Origin: the human T2T-CHM13v2.0 reference genome, Homo sapiens
Direction: 5' to 3' (one strand)
Length of the DNA: 64,000 nucleotides
Assembly: GCF_009914755.1 (NCBI RefSeq)
Contig: NC_060941.1
Below the pieces are notes generated by a model, which did no database searches, was not told the DNA's origin, and saw only the letters and a program-made list of their open reading frames with translations. Shown here one piece after another: positions 1 to 26,104 of the stretch (position 1 is its first letter; each line of letters starts with the position of its first letter). The translations under genes and the position numbers were made by a program.

Positions 1-288
1 TGAGCCGAGATCATGTCACTGCACTCCAGCCTGGGTGACAGAGCAAGAGTCTGTCTCAAAAAAAAAGAAAAAAAAAAAGAGTGTTATATAAATGGAATCA
101 GACGGTGTGTGGCCTTTTGAGATTGGCTTTTTCCACTCAGCAAAAAGCCCTGAGACCCATCCACATTGTTGCATGGATCAATCGCTCATTACCTTTTATT
201 GCTGAGTTACTTCACTGAATGGATAGACCATCATGTGTTTATCTGTTTACTTGTTGAGGGACATTTGGCTTGTTTCCAATTTTTGGCT

Positions 289-2117
<1,829 letters not shown>

Positions 2118-3086
2118 CATGACTATTACAAATAAAGCTGTTATAATTATTTGTGTACAATATTTTATATGAACATAAATTTTCATTTCTCTGGGAGGGT
2201 GATTGCTGGGTCTTGTGGTAAGCGTACGTTTAACTTTATAAGAAACTGCCAACTGTTTTCTAGAATGGCAGTACCATTTTGCATCCACTCCTCATTTTAA
2301 CTATTTTGTTCTATGAGTTAAATGTGTTAACTTCAGCATGGGCTGACATTCGAAGGCTGGTCATGCAGGGATCTTTGCTTACTTGAATTATAATCACCAC
2401 TGCGACACACATCCTTGTTTTAACTTTCACATATGTAAGCCAAGCACAGAGGTCTGAAGGTTTAGAGATTTGAAATAACAAACCTGGCTGCCTCAGATTT
2501 TCTTGGCTGGCACCAGGCCTTGCCAGACCTTTGAATTGGCTGGGTGCAGGGAAGGGTCACCAGGAAACTCAGGCTGCCCGGACCGACAGGAAGCATGGGA
2601 CGAAGCTTACTCCGGGTCTGGCTCGTGGTCAGCCTGGCTGGGGTCTGAGGCTTCCAGGCCGGAACAGTGTGCATGGTCAGGAAACAGCCTGGACTCTTGA
2701 AATCACCCCACCCCTGAAAAATGAATTCATGAACAGAGACGCTCCCAGCTCCTTTTTTTGAGAAATAGCATCTTTTAGCCTGGAATAAAATCAATTTGCA
2801 GAGCTGCTATGACTCCGTGTTCCTCGGGCTCTGCGCACCTCTGCATCAGTGGCAAGTGGCTTTGGGACTTATTTTCCTGGAGAAGGTGGCTGTGGAGTTT
2901 TCTTTTCTTTTAATTTTTAATTAACCTTTTGTTGTTGTTGTTTTAGAGACGGGAGAGTCTCACTATGTTGCCAAGGCTGGTCTTGAACTCCTGGCCTCAA
3001 GCGATCCTCCTGCCTCAGCCTTTCGAAAAGCTGGGATCACAGGAGTGAGTCACGGTGCCTGGCTCTAGAGTTGTTTACTGATGCTT

Positions 3087-6040
<2,954 letters not shown>

Positions 6041-6755
6041 TACTGATGCTTAATATTATGACTTTCTCCTTTCCACCCTCCCTGCACCCCTCACCCCACG
6101 TTAACAGGTACAAATATATGTATATATATAAAATATATATATCTTTATATTATATTTATATGTTTTTTTATAGAGATGGGGTCTTGCTATGTTGCCCAGG
6201 TTGTTCTCAAACTCCCAGCCTCAAGTGATCCTCCTGCCTTCGCCTCCCAAAATGCTAGGATAACAGTGGGAGCCACCACACCCAGCCCATATTTTTTATC
6301 TTGTTTATGGTTATTATTACCTAACAGTATAAGGTTTCTGAACATACTGCATTTGGGTACTGTTTTGATAAATAGATTCAATTAGACATCACAATGGTAT
6401 GGACCTTTCTAGTTTTACATTATCTCACCTGAGGCAGGTGAACTGTTAACTCCATGTTATCCAGAATTTCCCAGGGCTAGAACCCATAGATTCAGAGCTT
6501 TTCTATTTTTTTTTTTTTTTGAGACAGGGTCTCACTCCCATCACCCAGACTGGAGTTCAGTGATGCAATCTTGGATCACTTCAGCCTTGACTTTTAGGGG
6601 TTCAATGATCCTCCCACCTCAGCCTCTGGGGTAGCTGGGACTGTAGGCGTGTGTCACCATGCCCGGATAATTTTTTTTTTTTTTTTTCAGTAGAGACAGG
6701 GTTTCGACCATGTTGCCCAGGCTGGTCTTGAATTCCTGGACTCAAGCGTCAAGCT

Positions 6756-7105
<350 letters not shown>

Positions 7106-7402
7106 TTACAGGTGTGAGCCATGACACCTAGCTTAGATTCATAACTATTAAGGCAGTCTCCAAAGCTCCCATGGCTACAAGTGGTTGATCAGGAGCTGGA
7201 AGCGGGGGGACTGTCTGGTTCTGTGCCTTACTGTCATTCTAGTGTGGAGCTGTCCGATGTGAAAGCCACTAGATGCATCTGGCAGGGGGCACGTGATATG
7301 GCTGGTCCATATTGAGATGTGTGGGAAGTGCAAAATCCACATGGTAAGACTTGGTATACAAAGGATAATGAATGTAGGGTATCTCATTAATATATTTTTA
7401 TA

Positions 7403-7504
7403 CAGATGTTCCTCAACTTATGATGAGGTTATATTCTGATAAATCCATTATTAAAGTCAAAAAAAATCCTTTAATGGAACCATGGTTAAATTGGGGACCA
7501 TCTG
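7403..7504. mobile_element. Tigger-derived MITE (MER47-like) nested in a MER3-like element
   Basis: TA target duplication; terminal inverted repeats CAGATGTTCCTCAACTTA / TAAATTGGGGACCATCTG. Confidence 0.6.
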
Positions 7505-7607
7505 TATTATTTACATGCTGAAATGATATTTTGGATTTGTTGGGTTAAATATTTTATAAAAATGAATAATCCCATCTGTCTTTTTTTTTTTTTTTTTTTT
7601 TTTTTGA

Positions 7608-7712
<105 letters not shown>

Positions 7713-8258
7713 TGAGTAGCTGGGATTACAGGCCCTGCCACCATGCCCGGGTAATTTTTGTATTTTTAGTAGAGATGGGGTTTCTCCATGTTGGCCAGGC
7801 TGGTCTTGAACTCCTGACCTCAGGTGATCCACCCACCTCGGCCTCCCAATGTGCTGGGATTACAGGTGTGAGCCACTTCGCCCAGTCCCCCATCTGCCTG
7901 CTTCCCTCCATCCCTCCCTCCCTTCCTTCCCTCCGTTTCTCTCTCTCTCTTTCTCAGGGTCTTACTCTGTTGCCTCGGTTGGAGTACACTGGCATGATAA
8001 GGGCTCACTGCAGCTTTGATTTCCCAGGCTCAAGTGATCCTCCCACCTCAGCCTCCCAAAGTGCAGGGATCACAGGTATGAGCCACTGCACCCGGCCTCA
8101 TATTTTTATTTACAAATATTTTAGACATTTGAAATACTACAGCATTCAGATCTGCTTACAAAATGAATGAAAATGACTGCTTATCAAGAAACTACTATGA
8201 CTTTGTGACATGACTATAGCAGTCTTATAAGTAAATTTGGAGTAGTTAAGCAGATCTA

Positions 8259-8456
<198 letters not shown>

Positions 8457-8929
8457 TCAGGAGGCTGAGTCATGAGAATCGCTTGAGCCTGGGAGGCAGA
8501 AGCTGCAGTGAGCCGAGATCATGCCACTGCACTCCAGCCTGGGCGACAGAGCAAGACTCTGTCTCAAAAAATAAAATAAAATAAAATAAAATAATAAAAT
8601 AAAATATGGAATAACATTTTAAACCATCATATGCCACTCCAAAGCTCACTTGTTTCCTACAATTAAACATTTGCTTGGCTATAGGAGACAGGGACAAACA
8701 TTCTTGATGACCACACTGCAGCCTATAAAACTGGATTTCTGACACTGGGCTCCAGCTTCATTTCCTCAGGGTCTTTGTAGGAGGGCAAGCATTTGAACAG
8801 TGTCCAGCTCACACTCCCACTATACTGTCCTGAACCTTCTCCTAGGGGCAAATGGTGGAGGCGATATAGAAATGGGCAGAGCAGGCCACAAACTTCAACA
8901 TAAGATTCTCAATGTGTGTGTGTGTGTTT

Positions 8930-11302
<2,373 letters not shown>

Positions 11303-11491
11303 TAGTAGAGGTTTCATCATGTTGGCCAGGCTGGTCTCAAACTCCTGGCCTCAAGTGATTTGCCCGCCTCAGCCTCCCAAAGTGCTAGGATTACAGGCGT
11401 GAGCCACTGCACCCAGCTGGATTTATTCTTAAGCCTTTTATAACTTTTGTTGCTATTGTAAATGGGATTTTTTGTTTTTGTTTTTGTCTGA

Positions 11492-11916
<425 letters not shown>

Positions 11917-11919
11917 TAG

Positions 11920-12201
<282 letters not shown>

Positions 12202-13245
12202 TGATCTGCCCGCCTCGGCCTCCCAAAGTGCTGAGATTACAGGCGTGAGACACCGTGCCCAGCCACCCTTTTGTATTTTTAGTAAAGTCAGGGTTTCACC
12301 ATATTGGCCAGGCTGGTTTCGAACTCCTGACCTTGTGATCCGCCCGCCTCGGTCTCCCAAAGTACTGAGATTACAGGCGTGAGCCAGCGCGCCCAGCCTG
12401 TTACTGTTATTTATGAATGTTGAATGTTATTGCATGCTTTTTCTGCTTTTATTAAGATGATCCTGCATCTTTCCTCCTTATTCATTTTCTTTATTATGGA
12501 ATACTTCAAAAACAGAGAAATAGAGAACAGTACAACAGTTTCAATAAGAGTTGTCAGTCGCAGGCCATAGGAATCAACTTTAGCGGTAAAATGATTCATG
12601 AGGAGGAGAGTGGCATCTCTCTGAATTATGGGGAAGACTGGTTCTCTGAACTGTAGATGCTGTTGCTTCTCCTCCCACCTCTCCAGCACTGAATCCTTCA
12701 GACTGCCAGTAGCACTGCTGCCCCTGCTCCAGGAACTCTATCCTATGCCACTGCAGGTGGGGCAACTCATGTTCCATTCGAATTAGGGCTGAGTGTTTTT
12801 AGTTTTTATTTTTTCATTTTTGAGGCTGAGTCTTGCTCTATTGCCCAGGCTGGAGTGCAGTGGCGCCGTCTCGGCTCACTGCAACCTCTCCTCTCGGGTT
12901 CAAGCGATTCTCCTGCCTCAGCCTCCCAAAGTGCTGGAATTACAGGCGTGAGCCACCACTCCTGGCCAGCGGCTGAGTGTTTTTATAGGGCTGAGCCCAG
13001 GTCATCTGCTTGTACCCTAGAGATATAGGAAGAAGGTTCAGGTGTTGGGTGACCAAAAGGAAAGATATTTATTTGTCTTTCCTTCCGTGCCTGCTGGATC
13101 AATGACATAAGTATCTCCAGATGGCCTGAGGGAAGCCTTAGCTTCCAATTTATCAGACCCATGACCATGGTAGTACAATTCCCTGGTAGAAACAGTCCCC
13201 ACCTTAGGCACTAGAATATTCAAACTCCCAAATCCAAGGTCATAG

Positions 13246-14938
13246 TGAGAGGTGACAGCATGCGGGCAGCCCTTGCAGCCCTCGCTCGCTCTCGGGGCCT
13301 CCTCGGCCTTGGCGCCCACTTCTGGCCACGCTTGAGGAACCCTTCAGCCCGCCGCTGCATTGTGGGAGCCCCTTCCTGGGCTGGCCAAGGCCGGAGCCGG
13401 CTCCCTCAGCTTGCGGGGAGGTGTAGAGGGAGAGACGCGGGCGGGAACCGGGGCTGCGCGCTGCGCTTGCCAGCCAGCGCGAGTTCCGGGTGGGCGTGGG
13501 CTCGGTGGGCCCCGCACTAGGAGCGGCCCCCGGCCCGCAAGCCCCGGGCAGCGAGGGGCTTAGCACCTGGGCCAGCAGCTGCTGTGTTCGACTTCTTGCC
13601 GGGCCTTAGCTGCCTCCCTGCGGGGCAGGGCTCAGGGACGTGCAGCCTGCCATGCCTGAACCTCCCCGCCACCGCAGTGAGCTTCTGTGCGGCCCCAGCC
13701 TCCCCGAGGAGCGCCGCCCCCTGTTCCACCACGCCTAGTCCCATGCACCACCCAAGGGATGAGGAGTGCGGGCGCACAGCGCGGGACTGGCAGGCAACTC
13801 CACATGCGGCCCCCATGTGGGATCCACTGGGTGAAGCCAGCTGGGCTCCTGAGTCTGGTGGGGACTTGGAGAATCTTTATGTCTAGCTAAAGGATTGTAA
13901 ATACACCAAACAGCACTCTGTATCTAGCTCAAGGTTTGTAAACACAGCAATCAGCACCCTGTGTCTAGCTCAGGGTTTGTGAATGCACCAATGGGCACTC
14001 TGTATCTAGTTAGTCTGGTGGGGACTTGGAGAATCTTTATGTCTAGCTAAGGGATTGTAAATACACCAATCAGCACTCTGTATCTAGCTCAAGGTTTGTA
14101 AACACACCAATCAGCACCCTGTGTCTAGCTCAGGGTTTGTGAATGCACTAATCAGCACTCTGTATCTAGTTAGTCTGGTGGGGACTTGGAGAATCTTTCT
14201 TTATGTCTAGCTAAGGGATTGTGAATGCACCAATCAGCACTCTGTATCTAGCTCAAGGTTTGTAAACACACCAATCAGCACTCTGTGTCTAGCTCAGGGT
14301 TTGTAAATACACCAATAGACACTCTGTATCTAGCTAATCTAGTGGGGACATGGAGAACTTTTGTGTCTAGCTAAGGGATTGTAAATGCACCAATCAGCAC
14401 CCTGTCAAAACGGACCAGTCAGCTCTTTGTAAAACAGACCAATTGGCTCTCTGTAAAATGGACCAATCAGCAGCATGTGGGTGGGGCCAGATAAGAGAAT
14501 AAAAGCAGGCTGCACAAGCCAGCAGCGGGAATCTGCTTGTGTCCTGTTTGATAGTCTGGGAGGTTTGTTTTTTTTGCACTTTGCAGTAAGTCTTGTTATT
14601 GCTCACTGTTATGGTTTATGTTGCTTTTATGAGCTGTAACACAAAAGTTTGCAGCTTCACTCTTGAAGCCAGTGAGACCACGAACCCACCGTCAGGAGCG
14701 ACCAACTTCAGTTGTGCAGCTTTAAGAGCTGTGACACTCACCGTGAAGGTTTGCAGCTTCATTTCTGAATCAGCGAGACCAGGGACCCACCAGAAGAAAA
14801 AAACTCCAAATGCATCTGAACATCAGAAGGAACAAACTACGGACAACTCCGCCTTTAAGAACTGTAACACTCACCGAGAGGGTCCGCGGCCTTATTCTTG
14901 AGGTCAGTGAGACCACAAACCCACCAATTCTGGACACA
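13246..14938 (+). mobile_element. Solo LTR12 (LTR12C-like, ERV9)
   Basis: TGAGAGGTGACAGC...CCAATTCTGGACACA termini; tandem CCAATCAGCAC repeats; GAGAATAAAAGCAGG TATA-like box; 4-bp TSD ATAG. Confidence 0.95.
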
Positions 14939-16472
14939 ATAGGGATGGGCAGCAAGAGTTTAGGTGTAAGAGTGAGAGCAGCTACTTCTTCATCCTGTTT
15001 CCTAGATGTACGCTTTTTTTTTTTTTTTTTTTTTAATGAGACAGTCTTACTCTGTCACAGGCTAGAGTGTGGTGGTGCGATCTTGGCTCACTGCAACCTC
15101 TGCCTTTCAGGTTCAGGCGATTCTCCTGCCTCAGCCTCCCAAATAACCTGGGATTACAGGGGTCTGCCACCATGCCTGGCTAATTTTTGTATTTTTAGTA
15201 GAGATAGGGGTTCACCATTTTGGTCAGGCTGGTCTCAAACGCCTGACCACCTGATCCACCCCCCTCGGCCTCCCAAAGTGCTGGGATTACAGGCGTGAGC
15301 CACCGCGCCTGGCCTCTAGATGTACACTTTCTAGTTATGAAGGTGACAACTCCAAATGTTAGCATGTTTTAAAAGACATAACTATCCTGTAGGCCAACAC
15401 TTGAAGCCCACGGGGTGTCGTCTTTAGGCTAACCCTGTAAATTAACTTTCAGCAGCTATTTCACCGCTTTCTAAGCCAGCTGCTTCTGGGTGGTGGAACT
15501 TCACGTCTCTATTAAGTCCAACTTAGCCATTGTAGATTATTCATGCCAACTCCAAAGCCCAAACCTGGGTGAGTGTATCAGTGAATTCAGCCCAATCAAG
15601 CCTTTTATTTTATTTTTGAGACAGAGTCTCACTCTTTCGCCCAGGCGGGAGTGCAGTGGCACGATCTGTGCTCACTGCAACTTCTGCCTCCTGGGTTCAA
15701 GGGATTCTCCTGCCGCAGCTTCCTGAGTAGCTGGGACTACAGGCATGCATCCACCACCACACCTGGCTAATTTTTTGTATTTTTAGTAGAAACAGGTTTC
15801 ACCATGTTGGCCAGGATGGTCTCAAACTCCTGACCTGGTGATCTGCCCGCGTCAGCCTCCCAAAGTGCTGGGATTATAGGCGCAAGCCTCTGCGCCCAGC
15901 CAAGCCTTGTATTTACCATCTTTCGGCTAACAATGCTTAGAATCCACTCCCACACGTGCTCCCAAGAGCGTTGTGGATTTGAATTGGCAAGGTCTTGGAA
16001 CTACCTTAGTGTATAAACATTCTCTTTCTAGAGCAGGCCTTGTACTGCCCAAGTGGGCTATGTTGGGATCTAACTCTCTTTTTGAAGCTGGAGGAATGAA
16101 GAGAAGATCTGGAGTCCCTTTTTAGTGAAGCAACTGTCCTAGGTGCAGTCACAGAAGGTCCCTTAGGCAGGGATAAGTTGGTTACCTCTACACGGGAGGA
16201 CTTACCTGAACAGACAGGATTTGAGAATTCAAAAGTGCCAAAGTCTCAGCCTTGTCTGTGACCATTTAGATGCTCCTATTCTAAGTCTCAAGGTCCCACT
16301 ACGTCCCCACTATGCCCTTTCCTAAGCATTTATTTGGAGCTCTTACATGCACAATGAGGCCCTGGACTGAGTCTTCCATCATATCCACCCTGAAAGTACA
16401 GGAGATGAAGTCTCCTTCTAAGATGCCACCAAACCTTTCTTGCTGTCTATTGCATTCTCAGTTCAACATTAA

Positions 16473-16751
<279 letters not shown>

Positions 16752-16940
16752 TGAGCCACCGTGCCCGGCCTTTTTTTTTTCCTTTTTTTTTGGAGACAGG
16801 ATCTCACTCTATCACCCAGTAGAGTGCAGTGTTGAGATCTCGGCTCCCTGCAAGCCTCCACCTCCTGGGTTCAAGTGATTCTCCTGCCTCAGCCCCCCAA
16901 GTAGCTGGGACTACAGGCACGAGCCACCACATCCAGCTAA

Positions 16941-17150
<210 letters not shown>

Positions 17151-17457
17151 TAATCTTTATACTGACCATCACTGTCACAGTGTCTAAGTGCCCAAGCCAT
17201 TCCAAATCCCAGTGCCTTATCCTCTATACCTACCCTTCATCCCATGCCACTGCTGATAATTTGTGTGATTTTAATGCCACTGAATGCCATTGATTGCACT
17301 TGACCCATTCCATCCCCACTACACATTTTCCAGGATTCTATTTTGAGGGGATGTCCTTCGTTGTAGTAACCCCTGCTAATCTGAGATAAATCTTACTTGA
17401 TCATTTTAATTTTTAAAAATTCCCTAATGAATTCACTTTATATAAATATATATAATA

Positions 17458-17506
<49 letters not shown>

Positions 17507-17548
17507 TGTGTGTATATATATATATATATATACTATTTAGGATTTTAA

Positions 17549-17937
<389 letters not shown>

Positions 17938-18789
17938 TGATGATTATCTTTTTGTGAAAGTTGATGGAGTTTGTCTTCACACTCTTGTCCTTTTTTTACT
18001 CTTTTTTTGAGACAGAATCTCACTCTGTCACCCAGGCTGGAGTGCAGTAGTGCTGGTGCAATCTTGGCTCCCTGTAGTCTTGACCTCCCAGGCTCCCTCT
18101 GCAACCACCTGAGTAACTGAGACAACAGGTGCATGCCACCACGCCCAGCTAATTTTTAAAAATATTTTTTGTAGAGACGGAGTTTTGCCATTTTGCCCAG
18201 GCTGGTCTCAAACTCCTGGGTTCAAGTGATCTGCCTGCCTCAGCCTCCCAAAATGCTGGGATTACAGATGTGAGCCACCATGCCTGACCATCACTCTTGT
18301 CCTTGATATCCATTTTTTCCCACCGACAACACCATGGGAATGTTTTCCTATTCTTTTTCCAGACTTCTAGGCCACCTAGTTTTAGTTTTCTAAGTCAGTG
18401 GAGCCCAATTTTTGCACAGGACGATACTCCTAGAGAAAGTCATTCCTTTGCATGGTGTGCTGGGGTAATGAACCTGCTCCCTGTGGCTAGAGACACCCAT
18501 TATCTCAGGTCTGCCTGAAGGGCCGAGGGGAGCAACCTCTTAGGCTCACCTATAATCCATTTGCCCCCAGATGTGGCTCTTATGACTACATTCCAGTGTG
18601 TAAAGTGTGAGAAGAAATGATGTATTCAGCCACTGGGCTGTGCCCTTAGAGGAAATGCATGCCTTCCCCTCCCTTTTATTGCCTCTGCAGGCTGCAATGT
18701 GGCCACAGTGTGGGGAGTATTGAACTATACAAGCAACAAAATAGAGTCTGAATCCCCAGCAACTAAGAACTGCTAACAGAGAGATAGGA

Positions 18790-18990
18790 AGTTTGGGTGT
18801 GACACTGGAGTCAGGCAGCCTTGGGTTTAAATGCTGATTCTGCTAATCCCTAGCTGTGGGCCTCGGGTGAAGAATTTAACCTCATGGTCTTCAGTTTCCT
18901 TAGCTGTAAAATGCTGGGAGGATGCAAGGAGCTGTCATAACAAAATTGCCTAGCAGTGTTCATGGTCCAGAGCAGGGTTTTAACGAACAG
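18790..18990 (+). mobile_element. MIR fragment
   Basis: Core-like motif TTTAACCTC...TCAGTTTCCTTAGCTGTAAAATG. Confidence 0.6.
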
Positions 18991-19138
18991 AAGCTGGCAC
19001 GTCACCACTCTCTGTCCCTAGCAGCGTTGCCTTTTGCCTCCCTTTTCTGCCTTGATCCGCGCCCCCACCCATCTCTCCTCCCGTTCTTTCTTCACTTTCA
19101 CTTCCTGGTCTGCCTCTTTCTTAAGCTGGACTCTGTGA

Positions 19139-19870
<732 letters not shown>

Positions 19871-20385
19871 TGAGATTTGCAGGACATGTTTAATATTTGC
19901 ATGGAGAATCTATGAAAAGAAAAACAGAGAGGGAAGGAAACAGGAACCAAAATGCCACTTATCCCATGAGGGCATCGAGGCCCGGGCTCTGAGTCTCTCT
20001 GTTGCTGGCGGGGGCCAGGCTTCCTGTGGTGGGAGCGGCAGGCCTCGCTTCTCAGGCGTGGGTTCCACCACGGCTTGAAGGCCCCAGACCACCTCGCCCC
20101 TCCCTGGGAACTCAGCCTCTTGTGCAGCCACATAAAGGTAACCAGTGTCTGGTGGCTTGATAGGACAGACTTGTGAGGGACTTCCTGCCTTTTGATGCAT
20201 GCCATTCCTGAGAGCTGGGCCGGGCCTCTGAAGAGGAGAGGTCCCTTTCAACTTCCTGAGTGTCTCAACGTTCAGACTCTTGGGGTTTGTGGTTAGAGAC
20301 ACTGGTATGAAAATTGTGTTCTATAAAGTATGCCCTCCGGGTCCCATAAAGCTAACAGGCAAAGCTCTGTGAAAACACCCCCTAA

Positions 20386-20649
<264 letters not shown>

Positions 20650-21919
20650 TAAACTCCTGATCTCAAGCAATCCACCCACCTCAGCCTCCCAAAGTGCTGG
20701 GATTATAGGCGTGAACCATCTCGCCCTGGCCCCTTGCAGCTTTAGTGAAGAATGAGTGAAGGACTGGAAAGTCTGGCAGTATGAGGGGATCTGCCCGAGG
20801 GAAACTGTGTTAGCAGCAGGACCCTTCTGCAAAGCCACCCCTGACTCCACTCCAGTACTTTGGAGCTGCCTTCAAATAGAATATGATTCCAACAGCACTC
20901 ACAGTTGCTAAGGGCCAGACAGACGTCACTGCATTCTTTTTCTTTTTTAATGTCATGTATTTTTTAAGACAAGGTCTCACTGTCACCCAAGCTGCAGTGC
21001 AATGGCACCATCATAGCTTACTGCAGCCTCAACCTCCCAGGCTCAAGTAATCCTCCCCACTCAGCCTCCTAAGTAGCTGAGATTACAGGTGTGCACCACC
21101 ACACCCAGCTAATTTTTAAATTTTTTGTAGAGATGGAGGTCTCTCTATGTTGCCCAGGCTGGTCTTGAACTCCTGGGCTCAAGCGATTCTCCTGCCTTGA
21201 TCTCCCAAAGTACTGGGATCACAGGTTTGAACCACTGCACTCGGCCTCATCGCTGCATTCTAATCCTCTTCTCACAGATGGGGAAACAGACTCAATGAGG
21301 TTGAGTGACTGCCCCAAGAGCACACAGAGGTAGGATTGGAGCTCAGAGCTGGCTGACTCCAGATCCAAGATCTTTATGCTTCACCAGACTGTTCCCCACA
21401 AGACTATAGGGTGTCAGCAAGGTTGAAAAACACAGGACATACACGCTTGCTCTCTCCGCTATTAATTACCTGGCTGAAGTAGTGTTTGTCAGTTTCTCCA
21501 CTGTAAAGTTACTCTTTTTTTCCCCATTTTCCATACCATCCTCTTTGGTCATTCACCATGTACAACCCATGTATAAAGAGTGGGAGTTAGGAGGTGGAGT
21601 ATCTACCGAAATTATCTGGAACACTACATGGGAGATTTGTCTTTTGTCTCTATTTACTTATTTACATTTATTTTTAAAAGTGTATGCTACTGACATTTTC
21701 AAATATGCTCATTATGTTTTCAGGCAAAGTATCTTTTTTTTTTTTTTTTTTTGAGATGGAGTTTCATTCTGTCTCCCAGACTGGAGTGCAGTGACACAAT
21801 CTTGGCTCACTGCAACCTCCGCCTCCTAGGTTCAAGCGATTCTCCTGCCTCAGCCTACTGAGTAGCCGGGATTACAGGCACCCATCACTATGCCTGGCTA
21901 ATTGTTGTGTTTTTAGTAA

Positions 21920-22048
<129 letters not shown>

Positions 22049-22049
22049 T

Positions 22050-22165
22050 AAACTGCAGGCACTGATTCAGTAGGTCTGAGCTGGGGGCTGAGACCTAGTA
22101 CTTGTCTAATAGGCTTCCTCTGAAGCCAGGCTGCAATTCTGCACCACACTTTGAGGAGCAGGTTC
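22050..22165. mobile_element. MER5A fragment
   Basis: CTGATTCAGTAGGTCTG...GACC...CACCACACTTTGAG motif. Confidence 0.55.
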
Positions 22166-23501
22166 AAGACCAGTGTATCTTCCGCCATTTCAAACTACTC
22201 AAAAATCCTTTCTCCTGTTTCAAGGTCTGTCTCAGTATAATTCCAACTGCAGCCCCACTACACTGGTCCTGGCTACTTCCTGTAGAACCACATGGAACAA
22301 ATTTAATTGACCTGAACTTGATAGCTTACCAGGTAACATACCAGGTATGTTAAGGCAGGTAGCTGTTAGGGTCCCCTGAGTTTTCTTTTCTTTTTCTTTT
22401 TTATTTTTTTTGAGACAGGGTCTCACTCTGTCGCCCAGGCTGGATTGCAGTAGCACAATCTTGGCTCCCAAGTTCAAGTGATTCTCATGCCTCAGCCTCC
22501 CCAGTAGCTGGGATTACAGGCATGCGCCGCCACCTGGCTAATTTTTGTATTTTTTAGTAGATATGGGGTTTTGCTATGTTGGCCAGGGTGGTCTCAAACT
22601 CCCAGCCTCAAGCTATCTGCCCACCAAAGCCTCCCAAAGTGCTGGGATTACAGGCGTGAGCCACCGCGCCCCGCCCCCTGAGTTTTCTTTCTCAGCTTCT
22701 CCAAACATTCCTTGAGGTACGTGACTTGAAGTCCCTAAGCACTTTGATTCCTCTCCTCCTTGTCCCATTTACAGTAAAGCACCCAGAACTGAAAGTATTG
22801 CTTGTGGCGTGGGCTGCTGGGCTGCTGGCAGCAGGTCACCATCATGTCCCTCATCCTCAGTGCAATTCTTTGGCCAAGAGCCCATGTCACTAGGATGACT
22901 CATACCGAGCCCATTGTCAACTAAAAGCCTGAAGTTGTTTCTACAGAGGCTGTTCTTGACTCACACCTCCCTCAACTTCTACTTCAGCAATTGATTCTTT
23001 GGATCCAAGTAACCCTAGGAACCACTGTTAAGCTCCAGTTTTCTCACTTGAATTTGGCCTGGGGTTGTTCCTGACGACATCAGAGAGAGGTGCTCTGACC
23101 ACAGGAACGGGGCAGTGTTGAGTTAGGGAACCCCTCTATCATTAGGACCAGTATGAAGGTGTCATTGCTACTTGCAAATCACATCTTTATCTGCTTCATT
23201 TAGGGATCCTGCTATTGACAATTACACATCTTTAAAAGAAAGACTCTATAGCAGTTGACGATAATGAGAAGTTATTAGTTTTAGTTTATTGAAGTGACCC
23301 TTCTAACTCTGTAACCACTTATCTTCCTCTTCCCATTCATCTACTATGAGGTGATATAATATGTGATATTACCAATATAATTCTAATCTATGCTTTTTGT
23401 GGAAAATTCAGAAAACATAGAAGTTAAAGATGAAAATTTGCCTGCCAAGGTGGCTCACCCCTGTAATTACGGCACTTTGGGAGGCCAAGGCAGGAGGATC
23501 A

Positions 23502-23681
<180 letters not shown>

Positions 23682-23982
23682 CTATACTCTAGCCTGGGCA
23701 ACAGAACAAGATTCCGTCTTAAAAAAAAAAAAAGTTGAAAATAAAAATCTCAGATGATGCCATCATCTAGTGACAACCACTGTTGACATTTGGTATATTT
23801 CTTTTATATTTGCATATTTTATCTTACTAATACTCAGTATCTTAACTGTTTTAACGATAGATGTTCATTATAGAAAAAAGTGGAAAATACAAATATGTCA
23901 AAGAAGAAATAGAAATCCCCATGGTCCCATTATCTAGAAACAACCCTAGTTACACTTGCATGTGTTTCCTTTAAGATGTTTA

Positions 23983-24222
<240 letters not shown>

Positions 24223-25020
24223 TCACACCACTGGACTCCAGCCTAGGTGACAGAGTGAGACTCTGTCTCCAAAAAAAAAAAAAATAAAACTTTAAATCTG
24301 CCTATATGGTATATTTTTCTGTTAAGAGGTGAATTTATACAGTAATACTATATCATAAAGGTTTTTTCCACTTAACAGCATGTTGGAAGCATGTTTTAGA
24401 GAATATTTAGTGAACTGACTCTATGTTTTTACATTGTGAAGATTTACTCTGTAAGACTATTATTTCGCCTCTATTTAGAGAAAGTTGCTTGTTTTGGCAA
24501 TTGCTCTTTTGTTATGAGAATTCACATGAGCCAAGTTCCACTTTCAGAAATGCTATGGGCAAAGCTTCATGATGTTTATGAATTCATACATAAAGACTAT
24601 AAATTTCAGCCAGGGGCAATGGCTCATGCTGATAACAGCTACTCGGGAGGCTGAGGAAGGACAATCGTTTGAGGCTAGGAATTAGAGACCAGCCTGGGTA
24701 ACACAGCTAGATTCCCCGCTGTCTTCCCCTCTAAAAATAAATACATAAATAAATTAGTGTGGTGGCATGCACCTGTAATCCTAGCTACTAGGAAGCCTGA
24801 GGCAGGGAGGATGGTTTGAACCCAGGAGATCGAGGCTGCAGTGAGCTATGATTATGCAATTGCACCCCAGCCTTGGCAATAGAGAAAGACCCCACTCTCT
24901 ATTTTTTTAAAAAAAGGCTGTAAATTGGCCGGGCGTGGTGGCTCACGCCTGTAATCCCAGCACTTTGGGAGGCCGAGGTGGGCAGATCACAAGGTCAGGA
25001 GTTCAAGACCATCCTGGCTA

Positions 25021-25293
<273 letters not shown>

Positions 25294-25487
25294 TTAGAAA
25301 TTAACTCCAAAGGCCAGTCACGGTGGCTCATGCCTGTAATCCTAGCACTTTAGGAGGCCAAGGTGGGTGGATCACCTGAGGTCAAGAGAGTGAGACCAGC
25401 CTGGCCAACATAGTGAAACCCCATCTCTACTAAAAATACAAAAATTAGCCTGGCGTGGTGGTGTGTGCCTGTAATCCCAGCTACTCA

Positions 25488-25655
<168 letters not shown>

Positions 25656-25823
25656 TTAAACTGTGTGCTTTTTAAATTTTGTTTTGATTTTTTGAGACAG
25701 GGTCTTACTCTTGGTGGTGTGATCTCAGCTTACTGAAGGCTCCATTGCTGAGCTCCAGTGATCTCCTACCTCCGCCTCCTGGAGTAGCTGGGACCACAGG
25801 TGTGCACCACCACACTCAGCTAA

Positions 25824-26104
<281 letters not shown>

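Noticed and set aside
12205-12400. Tandem extra Alu left arm (trimeric Alu)
   Set aside because: Common Alu-Alu recombination or insertion product with no special feature
13860-14480. Regular ~40-bp repeats resembling a CRISPR-like array
   Set aside because: These are the known CCAAT-containing tandem repeats of the LTR12 U3 region; no unique spacers, and the context is eukaryotic
17440-17535. (TA)n/(TG)n compound microsatellite
   Set aside because: Ordinary short tandem repeat
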